IMG/VR virus record: IMGVR_UViG_3300035670_000221
Location: 1-60,804 of that record
From: a virus
Taxonomy: Duplodnaviria; Caudoviricetes
Direction: 5' to 3' (one strand)
DNA length: 60,804 nucleotides
Shown here: piece after piece, positions 1-10,000 of the stretch
Layout of the letters: each line of letters starts with the position of its first letter
Numbering within the stretch: the first letter of the stretch is position 1
The notes under the pieces: model-generated
The model's database searches: none
The model's input: the letters and a program-made list of their open reading frames with translations, nothing else
What the model was told of the DNA's origin: nothing
Position numbers and translations under genes: made by a program

Positions 1-1
1 T

Positions 2-2470
2 CAAATAAAAACTGTTTATCGTGGATACGCCCAATCACAATCCCGTATAAAATCTCTTGCTAATAAATCATATGCGCAAGCACATACTTGGATAAAGCAG
101 ACTTATCCACTTGGCGGCGGGGATACATTAGTAGTTGAAGACCATTTTAATAATACAGGAAGTAATGTTAGTTTAAATGGTTGGGCACCAGATACCTTAG
201 GTAGTGCTTGGACATTTCTTGAGGGTAGTGCTACTGATGCGTATGTAAGTGCAACACTTGATCGTGTATCTATTCCGGTCAATGCTGGCGATTTTTCCGA
301 TTATTATCAGTACTACAGCCCTGTTATACTTGGAGATGGCTGGGTTCAAGCAAATTTAAACGCTAGTACACGAGAGTATTGGGGAAATTTATTTGTAAGA
401 AGAAATGGCGATAGAACTGTATACGCTGCTTCAACGACGCTTTTCAGAGTTGTAAGTGGCAGTTGGACAAATTTAGGATCAGTTGGTACTACTGGTTCTT
501 GGTTTAGACTTCAAGCAACAGGAATTTCTCCAACATATATAAAAGTAGAGCGCCGAACAACTGAGGGAGCGTTAGGTACTGGATGGGCATTAGAAACAAC
601 AGATAGTACCTCTGCTAACCAAACAACTTCGGGTTATGCTGGATTAATAGTTACTGCTGACGGTGACTATTACTATTATAGCCACGATATTGATGATTTT
701 AAGGCTATGAGTTTGGGCGGGGAAGTAGTAGGCCCAACTTTTGCCCAAGCGCAAGCACAGATAGCAGGAGCCGTCGCTACCTATAGGGGCTATGCTCAAG
801 CTCAGGTACAAATAAAACAAAGATATCAGGCTTACTCACAAGCACAGACACAAATAGCAGGAAGTGTCACTACTTATAGAGGTTACGCTCAAGCACAAAC
901 AAATATAAAACAAATATACCAAGTATATGCGCAAGCACAGGGTTGGATTAAAACTACCTATCCAAAAGGTGGTGGATATTCAACAATAGTTAGAGAGTCC
1001 TATAACTCTGGCGGTGGTATACCTACTGGTACTGGACCTTATACCCATACAGTAACATACCCAACGGGTGTAGTGGCTGACGATTATCTTGTTTTAACGG
1101 TCGGATTTAATGGAGGGGCAACGGGTATCTCTCTTGTATCTGATGGATGGACTTTAATAGGTTCTGCTACGGGACAATCAAACCCTGATCTATATATTTA
1201 TGGGCGCAAGGCAACTGGATCGCTATCAGGTGACTTTACATTTACTACTAATAATACTCTATATATTGGCTGGGTTTTAACGCGCTATAGTGGTGTTGAT
1301 ACCTCAACCCCTCTTGATGTTACGGCTGTAGGAACAGACGGTGCTGCTAATACAGTATACTCATTAACAGGTATAACGACTGTTACAAACGGGGCAATGG
1401 TATTTGTAGGAGTTTCAGCAAACTCTTCTGCGGAAAGATTAACAGTTGATGGTGGAGAGCCAGTAACAGAATATGTCGAAGTATTCCAAGCATCTACTAT
1501 CAAGGATACAATGGCTGCTGATGGAATCATGGCCTCTGCTGGTAGTACCGATACTATTACAGGAACCATATCTTCCTCTCTTGCGTGGGCAGGAGTTGTA
1601 GGGGCATTAAGACCAGCGACAGGAGGGGCAATAGAAGGTCCAACCTTTGCTCAGGCACAAGCACAGATAGTACTATCAGCAGCTACAACATATGAAATCT
1701 ACGGTCAAGCACAGGTTCAAATAAAAACTACTTACAGAAGTTATGCACAAGTACAAACACAGATCAAGACTACTTACAGAGCATACGCACAGGCTCAGAC
1801 TCAAATTAAAACTACCTACCGATCATATGCTCAAGCGCAGGGTATAGTTAAAACAACCTATAGAGCCTATGCACAAGCATTGACTCAGATTGAACAGACA
1901 TACCGATCCCATGCTCAGGCAAATACACGGGTTAAGACAGTAAATATAAGAGCGTATGCTCAGGCACAAACTATAATTAAAGTTACTTATCTTGGCTATG
2001 CTCAGGCTAATGCTTGGATCGAGGTAGCATTTACCCAATACGCACAATCTCAGGCTAGCATTAAGTCTATTGGTTGGAATCAGTCTGCACAAGCACAAGT
2101 CTATCTAAAGGGAGCCTATACCTATATAGCGCAAGCACAGGCGCGGATAAAGCAAACTTATCGATCTTATGCTCAGGCACAAACACAAGTAAAGATTACC
2201 TATAGAGTATATGCACAAGCCTTGGCGCAAATAAAAACTTCATACAGAGTCTATGCACAAGGTCAAGGAACCATTAAGCAAACATATAGGGCTTACGCCC
2301 AAGCGGGGGCAACAGTTGAACAAACTTATACCGTCCATGCACAGGCACAGACTAAACTTGCCAGTTCAGTCAATAATTATGCTAATGCAATGGTATGGAT
2401 ATATACGCCTGTTTATCTTGCCCCAATTGCTGATATCGCCACCAACGGTTGGGTAGGGGTGGTGATTTGA
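2..2470 (+). CDS. QA-repeat fibre/appendage protein 1 (5'-truncated by window edge)
   Basis: Frame 2 is open from base 2 (QIKTVYRGYAQSQSRIK...) into the tracked ORF 707..2470. Contains 14-aa YAQAQAQIKxTY repeats and two inserted beta-rich domains. Confidence 0.8.
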   Translation, partial: QIKTVYRGYAQSQSRIKSLANKSYAQAHTWIKQTYPLGGGDTLVVEDHFNNTGSNVSLNGWAPDTLGSAWTFLEGSATDAYVSATLDRVSIPVNAGDFSDYYQYYSPVILGDGWVQANLNASTREYWGNLFVRRNGDRTVYAASTTLFRVVSGSWTNLGSVGTTGSWFRLQATGISPTYIKVERRTTEGALGTGWALETTDSTSANQTTSGYAGLIVTADGDYYYYSHDIDDFKAMSLGGEVVGPTFAQAQAQIAGAVATYRGYAQAQVQIKQRYQAYSQAQTQIAGSVTTYRGYAQAQTNIKQIYQVYAQAQGWIKTTYPKGGGYSTIVRESYNSGGGIPTGTGPYTHTVTYPTGVVADDYLVLTVGFNGGATGISLVSDGWTLIGSATGQSNPDLYIYGRKATGSLSGDFTFTTNNTLYIGWVLTRYSGVDTSTPLDVTAVGTDGAANTVYSLTGITTVTNGAMVFVGVSANSSAERLTVDGGEPVTEYVEVFQASTIKDTMAADGIMASAGSTDTITGTISSSLAWAGVVGALRPATGGAIEGPTFAQAQAQIVLSAATTYEIYGQAQVQIKTTYRSYAQVQTQIKTTYRAYAQAQTQIKTTYRSYAQAQGIVKTTYRAYAQALTQIEQTYRSHAQANTRVKTVNIRAYAQAQTIIKVTYLGYAQANAWIEVAFTQYAQSQASIKSIGWNQSAQAQVYLKGAYTYIAQAQARIKQTYRSYAQAQTQVKITYRVYAQALAQIKTSYRVYAQGQGTIKQTYRAYAQAGATVEQTYTVHAQAQTKLASSVNNYANAMVWIYTPVYLAPIADIATNGWVGVVI

Positions 2471-2471
2471 T

Positions 2472-5400
2472 ATGCCTATCTTGACAAAAGCCGCTAATTC
2501 CCACACAGATGTTGTCGATACTTGGGCAACACAAACAAACGCTTACTCAACGACTAGTGATGACCAGTATGCTACTCATACCCAAGCGTCTAGAAACGGT
2601 ACTGCTGAAATAAGATTTGGATTTCCTTCGTTTACAACTTCTGATATTCCAGATGGGTCTACAATAAACTCTGTAAAGGTAAGCGCGGAAGCTGCCGTAA
2701 ATCAGAGCATTGGATCAGTAATTGGCATTACTATAGAAAATCCTTCTGGTACTGATGTTGGAACTAGTGTAGAAACAAGTAATACAACTGATACCCTAAT
2801 CGAATGTTCTGCTTCTACAATACCCTCATTACAAAACCTACGCGATCAGACGGTCTTTGCCCACTTCCTATATGACCGGGCAAATAGCTCTACCTCTGAA
2901 ACAGTAAGAATAGACTATGTATCCATTACAGTTGATTATACTCCGGGTGCTGTCACTACTGTAACTCACGCACAGGCTCAAGCACAAATATTAGCGCTTA
3001 CAACTTATAACACTTATGCACAAGCATTATCTCTTATTATAATAAGAGCTACAAATATAGGGCAAGCAGCAGCCCTTATAGCGACCACCCCACAGTATAA
3101 TTATGTTTACGACTCCTTTACAAGAACGGAAGCACAGGGTTGGGGAACATCTGATACTGGGGCGGTATGGTCGTTTCCTACTAATGATTATACTTCTGTA
3201 AGCGATGGTAAGGCTATCAAATCACTTGCCTATAACACCTTTGGTGGGTTGTACAATGTAGTATTACCAACTAAATGGAGAGTTTATTTTGAGTTTGGCT
3301 TGTCATCTTCACCCGATTCAAGTGTTACAATAGCCTTTATAGACGGAGTTCCTTCAACTACTTCTTCAACTGTCGCAAATGATGGTAAGAGATTAGGAGT
3401 ATTTATTTGGTCAGATAGCACAATACGAGTAATAACAGGTTTTAATAAAAACAATCTTACTGCTATTCCTAGTGGAAATCCCGTATATCAGGTCGGAGAA
3501 ACTTGGGCCTATAAAGGATTTGTAAACTGGAATGGAACAAATATTGTTAGTGATTACAGGCTAGAAAATCTATCTACTGGCGCTAGTTATAGTGGTACAC
3601 AAACTGGGTCTGCAACTACAGCAGATTCTTTACCCGGTCATACAAGAATTTCCGCATGGTCGATTTCTGATATTAACTTGTATTTGGATAATGTAGAATT
3701 ATCAAGATGGTATGATAATGGATACGCACAAGCACAAGCACAAATTGTAACTAGTGGAGTTACTACTTATGAAGTAAGTGGTCAATCTTTGGCCCAAATT
3801 TTGCAGAGTTATCAAGTAACTGGTCAAGCACAGGCACTAGTAAGCTCTGATAAACTTGCTATTAGAAGAATATATCTTGCGGATACTAGTTCATCATCAA
3901 CTAATATAAACATCTCTATTGAAGAACCCGATTCTAGAAGTATGTTAGTCTTAGCATTTTGGGGAGACTTAACTTCTGGTACACCACCAACTATTTCTGG
4001 TGGAGGAAAAACTTGGATAGCAGCCTCTAACTCCTATTTATTAGGAGATAGTGAAGCTAGGATATATGTAACAACAAATGTGTCTGATGCATCCCCTACG
4101 AACCAAATTACAGTAAGTTGGAGTAATTCTGATACTGACTACCAGTTTCAAATATATGAAGTCATAAATGGATTTTTTGCAGGAGATTTTTCTGGTGATA
4201 CATATACTGGGGTCAATACTCAACTAATTATTGACCTAGGTTATTTTACTAGTCCTTTTTATAATAGATTGTATATAGGTGTTGGCGGTAATACATCATT
4301 TGCTTCTACATATAGTTTTGATGAGGTTTTAGGTACAACTTTAGATACGCAAATATTAGCAGGATATGGTAATGGGTTTTATTATCTAGATTATTATAAC
4401 GATTTTGTTAGTTTAGAACAAACATCTATAATTATAGACTCAACTGGGGCTGTTGAATCTGGAAGCATAGCGTTAATTGCATTAAATGAAAAGCCTCCTA
4501 GACAAGTTGCTCAAGCACAAGTACAAATTACTGCTTCTGGTGGGGCAACAATCGTATTACAGTCGGGGCAATCACAATCTCAAATTAAACAAACTTATAA
4601 AGTATATGCTCAATCAAATACTTGGATTAAAACTATAGATCAGAGAGTATATGCACAAGCACTTACTTGGATTAAGATAGCCTCTATCAGAGGTTATGCT
4701 CAGGCAAATACTTGGATTGAAGCCAGTTATAATGGATACGCTCAAGCACAGACAGAGATTACTGTGCCGGGGGCAACAAAGACATTCTATGCTCAAGCAA
4801 ATGCTCTTATAGGTCTAACAACGAACCTATATAGTTTCATAGATGAAGAGGCTCCAGATACTTCTGATAGAATTATTTCCCCGCCCCAAAGTACCAATTA
4901 CTATGAGGCACAATTAACTACTGCTTCAACCCCTGACTTCCTACAAGATGTTATTGTCAGGTTCCGCGCTCTAGCCTATAACTACCAACAGGCATCAGTA
5001 TCAGTTTCTTTGCGAGAGGGAATTATATCTAGAGCTTCCAGAGATATTTCGCTTACTGGTACTGAAACTGAATATAGTTTTAATCTAACTCCTGCTGAAA
5101 TAGCAAGCATTACTGACTACTCTGATCTTAGAATTCGCTTTACACCACTCGATGCTATAACTGATGAAAGAGTAGTTATTACTTGGGTGCAAGTACAAAT
5201 GCCTCAAGGAACAGGGGCTAAGGTTAGAAGAGCATTTGGTCAGGCATTAGCACTAATAAGCCGTCAAGTATTTACCTTCAATGCTTACGCACAAGCACAA
5301 GCAAGTATTAAGCAAACCTATCAAGTATATGCACAGGCTAACGCTCATATAAAGACTGTAGCGGTTATGGCTTATGCACAGGCACAGGCACAGATCAAGC

Positions 5401-7040
5401 AAACCTACAGAGGGTACGCACAGGCGCAAGGTCTAATCAAGCAAACATATCAGGCTTATGCTCAGGCTCAGACTCAAATTGAGGCTACCTATAATGCATA
5501 TGCTCAGGCGCAAGCCACAATTGAGCAAATCTATAGAGCCTATGCACAGGCGGGCGCGTGGATAGAGCAGACATATCAAGTATACGGACAAGCGCAGACT
5601 TGGATTGAACAGACAAGTATTCAATATGCTAACGCACAGGCGTATATTGAGCAAACATATCTAGCCTACGCTCAAGCACAGACACAAATCTTTATCCCCG
5701 TTTACACTTATTCCGTATACGGACAGGCGAACGCGCATATAAAGGTAACAGATAACAAGGTTTATGGACAAGCTAATACTTGGATAGAAATAACCGCACA
5801 GGGTTACGCACAGGCTCAGACTCAGATTGAGCAAGCCTATATGCAATACGCTCAAGCACAGGCAATTATATCTGTTGCTAACCAGAAGTATGCTCAGGCG
5901 CAAGCGCAGATCAAGCAGTCGTATCTAGCCTATGCTCAGGCTCAGGTAAACATTAAGCAGACCTACAGAGTCTACGCACAGGCTAATGCTTGGATAGAAA
6001 TTACTTCTGCTGGATATGCTAATGCACAAACAACAATAAAGCAAGCATATCATGGTTACGGACAAGCGTTAGCAGAAATAAAGCAAGCATACCAAGCATA
6101 TGCACAAGCCAATACTTGGATCGAGCAGTCATATCAAGCATATGCTCAGGCACAGGCTTGGGTAGAGCAGACATATGTTGCCTATGCTCAGGCACAGGCA
6201 ACTGTCAAGACTTCGTATCAAGGATACGCTCAGGCTCAGGCAGTCCTTGAAGCTGCCTATAATCAATCTGCACAGGCTCAGGCTAAACTAAATGCGTACA
6301 ATGTTCCTCAATTTGCACAAGCACTAGCACTCATTGCAGGACAGCAGAGTGCCCATGCACAAGCACAGGCAACGATCAAGGCTACAGCCAATGCTTACGG
6401 TCAAGCACAAGGCCAGATCAAAACAACTTATCAGGCATATGCTCAGGCTCAAGCAGCGATCAAGCAAGCCTACCAGTCCTACGCTCAAGCGGGCGCAACA
6501 ATAAAGCAAGCATATCCTGCGTATGGACAGGCACAAGGCACAGTAAAGACTTCGTATCAATCATACGGACAAGCCCAAGGCTACATAAAGGTAACTGGAA
6601 ATCTTGTCTTTGCACAGGCTCAGGCACAAATCAAGCAAACATACTTGGTCTATGCACAAGCACTAGCGACAATTGAGGCTACCTACAGCGCACACGCTCA
6701 GGCTAATGCTTACATAAAGGTAACTGGTAATAATGCCCATGCCCAAGCACAGGCTTACATTGAGCAGACCTATGTTGTTTACGCACAAGCACAAGCCTAT
6801 ATCAAGGGTATTGTCCTAGCATATGCTCAGGCACAGGGCGCAATAAAGGCTACAACTTATGTAGTAGGTCAAGCACAGGCATGGTTGGCTGGACTACAGG
6901 TAGCAACAGCACAAGCACAGGCAAGTATCTTTGCCACAAGCGGCCAATATGGTCAGGCAATAGTTTACATTTATATCCCACAGATTGCTAGACCAATCGC
7001 TGATCTAAGCAACGATGGCTGGGTAAGGACGGTGATATAA
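2472..7040 (+). CDS. QA-repeat fibre/appendage protein 2 (1522 aa)
   Basis: N-terminal jelly-roll-like domain, a DSFTR..GWG lectin-like domain, further beta domains, then a long run of roughly 40 14-aa repeats. Confidence 0.8.
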   Translation: MPILTKAANSHTDVVDTWATQTNAYSTTSDDQYATHTQASRNGTAEIRFGFPSFTTSDIPDGSTINSVKVSAEAAVNQSIGSVIGITIENPSGTDVGTSVETSNTTDTLIECSASTIPSLQNLRDQTVFAHFLYDRANSSTSETVRIDYVSITVDYTPGAVTTVTHAQAQAQILALTTYNTYAQALSLIIIRATNIGQAAALIATTPQYNYVYDSFTRTEAQGWGTSDTGAVWSFPTNDYTSVSDGKAIKSLAYNTFGGLYNVVLPTKWRVYFEFGLSSSPDSSVTIAFIDGVPSTTSSTVANDGKRLGVFIWSDSTIRVITGFNKNNLTAIPSGNPVYQVGETWAYKGFVNWNGTNIVSDYRLENLSTGASYSGTQTGSATTADSLPGHTRISAWSISDINLYLDNVELSRWYDNGYAQAQAQIVTSGVTTYEVSGQSLAQILQSYQVTGQAQALVSSDKLAIRRIYLADTSSSSTNINISIEEPDSRSMLVLAFWGDLTSGTPPTISGGGKTWIAASNSYLLGDSEARIYVTTNVSDASPTNQITVSWSNSDTDYQFQIYEVINGFFAGDFSGDTYTGVNTQLIIDLGYFTSPFYNRLYIGVGGNTSFASTYSFDEVLGTTLDTQILAGYGNGFYYLDYYNDFVSLEQTSIIIDSTGAVESGSIALIALNEKPPRQVAQAQVQITASGGATIVLQSGQSQSQIKQTYKVYAQSNTWIKTIDQRVYAQALTWIKIASIRGYAQANTWIEASYNGYAQAQTEITVPGATKTFYAQANALIGLTTNLYSFIDEEAPDTSDRIISPPQSTNYYEAQLTTASTPDFLQDVIVRFRALAYNYQQASVSVSLREGIISRASRDISLTGTETEYSFNLTPAEIASITDYSDLRIRFTPLDAITDERVVITWVQVQMPQGTGAKVRRAFGQALALISRQVFTFNAYAQAQASIKQTYQVYAQANAHIKTVAVMAYAQAQAQIKQTYRGYAQAQGLIKQTYQAYAQAQTQIEATYNAYAQAQATIEQIYRAYAQAGAWIEQTYQVYGQAQTWIEQTSIQYANAQAYIEQTYLAYAQAQTQIFIPVYTYSVYGQANAHIKVTDNKVYGQANTWIEITAQGYAQAQTQIEQAYMQYAQAQAIISVANQKYAQAQAQIKQSYLAYAQAQVNIKQTYRVYAQANAWIEITSAGYANAQTTIKQAYHGYGQALAEIKQAYQAYAQANTWIEQSYQAYAQAQAWVEQTYVAYAQAQATVKTSYQGYAQAQAVLEAAYNQSAQAQAKLNAYNVPQFAQALALIAGQQSAHAQAQATIKATANAYGQAQGQIKTTYQAYAQAQAAIKQAYQSYAQAGATIKQAYPAYGQAQGTVKTSYQSYGQAQGYIKVTGNLVFAQAQAQIKQTYLVYAQALATIEATYSAHAQANAYIKVTGNNAHAQAQAYIEQTYVVYAQAQAYIKGIVLAYAQAQGAIKATTYVVGQAQAWLAGLQVATAQAQASIFATSGQYGQAIVYIYIPQIARPIADLSNDGWVRTVI

Positions 7041-10000
7041 ATGGCTATTCTAACTAAGGCTGCTAGTTCTAATACAGTTATAACTGGCGTATGGACTCTG
7101 CCAACAAATGCTTATGGTACTACTAGCGATGATCAGTATGCTACGCATACCCAATCGTCCCGAAACGGTACAGCAGAAATAAGGTATGGGTTCCCATCAT
7201 ACAGCATTTCTGATATTCCTGATGGCTCTACTATTAACTCTGTAAAGGTTAGTGCAGAAGTTGGGTTAAATCAGAGTATTGGAAGCGTTATTGATATCAC
7301 TATTGAAAACCCGTCTGGAACCGATGTAGGAAACATAGGGGAGTATTCTGGTAGCACAGCAGATCAAGTCATTGAATCTACTGCTACAACTATTCCAACA
7401 CTACAGAACCTTCGTGATCAAACAGTTTTTGCTCACTTCCTATATGACCGGGCAAATAGTGCAGTCTCAGAAACAATACGCATTGACTATGTATCAATCA
7501 CCGTAGATTATACTGCTGGCGCTACTACAGTAAATGCATCTGCACAGGCACAAACTCATATTAAGATAATTCAGCGAGGATTTGCACAAGCACAAGCAGA
7601 TATAAAAGTAATTGCAAACTCTTATGCTCAGGCACAAGCAGAGATAGCCCCACCATTTATAACTTATAATAATTATGCCCAATCTATGGTTATAATTAAA
7701 GGACTAGATTATGCTTATGATACATTTACACGCACAGTAAATGATGGATGGGGAACAGCAGAAAATGGTGGAGATTGGACTCCTGTAATTACACCTACCT
7801 CATTATATCAAGTTTCTTCGGGAGTCGGACAGTTTATCCTAAATCCCACGGATATAATGGCTATAATCGAGTTAAATGAAATTAGCATTGGTGATATTGA
7901 TTTTCAGGTTGATTTTTATATCCCATCTCTTCCGCCAGCGGATAAATCTAACCCAGCAATAGGTTTAATTTCTAGGGCATCTCAAAACTTTAACATGACC
8001 ACGGGCTGGATTTATTCTGTTGAGGTTGATAGTCTTGGTGCTACTGCTAGCTCTTTTATGGCGTATGTAGGAGGGACACCTGTATATAGCGGGGGTATTG
8101 TAGAAAGTACCTTATCTGCGGCAACATGGTATACAGTCCGAGTACAGGTAGTAAATATTTTAGATGGTACTATAGATTTACGCGCTAAATATTGGGAAAG
8201 GGGTACTCAAGAGCCTGATTGGCAGCATAATATTAATACACTACCTGATCCTATCTACCCTGAGCAATTTGCTCCCGGCTCTATTGCGCTGCTTGCCTCT
8301 GCCGAAGAGACTGGATACACTATCTCAGTTGATAATTTAAAGGCGCAAAGATATATTTCTGCGGGTTTTGCACAAGCCCAAGCAGAAATCGCTGCTGGAC
8401 TTAGTACCTATAATAGTTATGCTCAATCTTTGGCACAGGTTAAACAAACCTATCTAGGCCATGCTCAATCTTTGGGGCAAATAAAACAATTATATTCTGT
8501 CTATGCTCAAGCAATATCAGTAACCGTACAAAAGAGTATGGTATCTGCACAGGCAAGTACTTGGATAAAGCAAACTTATAAAGCTTATGCCCAGGGTCAA
8601 GCACAAATCAAGCAAACATATCGTGCTTATGCTCAAGTACAGGTACAGATTAAAACTACCTATAGGGTATACGCTCAGGCTCAAACACAAGTAGAGCAAG
8701 CGTATCTAGCATATGCCCAAGCACAGTCTCAGGTAAAGTCTCAATACCAGTCTTACGCACAGGCTAATGCCACTATTACAGTACCCTCTGTGGGTGGGGA
8801 TGCCTACGCAAATGCTGGGGCACTAATTGGTAGAATAGAAGACCTATATACAGCAATAGATGAAGTATCAGCAGATGATACAGACTTTATTACTACAAGT
8901 CTACCAACTGGTTTCTATACATATAGGGTAGAACTAGAACCTCTTAATATTCCTGATTGGCCCATTCATCATATCCTGCGGTGGCGCTCAGATACGCGGG
9001 GCACAAGTAATCTAGGTGTTCAACTATACGATGGCGACACCATGATTACAAGTGTGCTTGTAGAACCGGCTAATGGTTTCCAGACATTTGAGTATGCCTT
9101 AAGTGATCTTGAAATCAATTCCATTGCTGACTACTCTTCTCTAATTGTTGAATTTACTTCGACAGATCGAACATATGTCTCTTGGGTAGAATTACAGGTT
9201 CCTTACGGCGCTCCAAAGAAGACTTATAGAAAGTCTGGACAAGCACAAGCATTCATTAGAGTTACCTATACATACAATGCTTATGCTCAGGCTGCTACAC
9301 AAATTGTGCAGTCATACCAGCAGTATGGTCAGGCACAGTCTCATATCGTAAGAACAGAGAATGCTTATGCTCAGGCACAGACTCAGATCGAAGCAACTTT
9401 GTTTGCATATGCCAACGCACAGGCAACAATTCTGCAAACATATCTGTCGTATGCAAATGCTCAGGCACAGATCGAGCAAACTTATCAGCAGTACGCTCAG
9501 GCTCAGGCGCAGATAAGACAAACATATTTGATATTTGCACAAGCACAGGCAAATGTCAAGAATACTTATCAAGCTTACGCACAAGCGCAGGGACAAATAA
9601 AGCAAGCGTACATAGTATTTGCAAATGCTCAGACTTCTGTAAAGAGTATGTACCAGCAGTATGCACAGACACAAGCAAGGATACTTGCATTTAATGTTCA
9701 GGCTTATGGTCAAGCAGCAACAATAGTTGAAGGCTCATTTACACAGACTGCACAGGCACAGGCTAGAATTCTAGCATATAATGTACAAGCATATGCTCAA
9801 GCACAGGCAGAAATTAAGGCAACCTATCGAGCATACGCACAAACAAATACTTGGATAAAGGTAACTTTCCAGGGATATGCAAATGCCCAAACTCAGATCG
9901 AGCAAACTTATCAGGCATGGGCGCAAGCAAATGCTTACATTTTCGTAAGGGTTTTCGTACACGGACAAGCACAAGCCTTCATCATATCTGCTAGAGAAGT

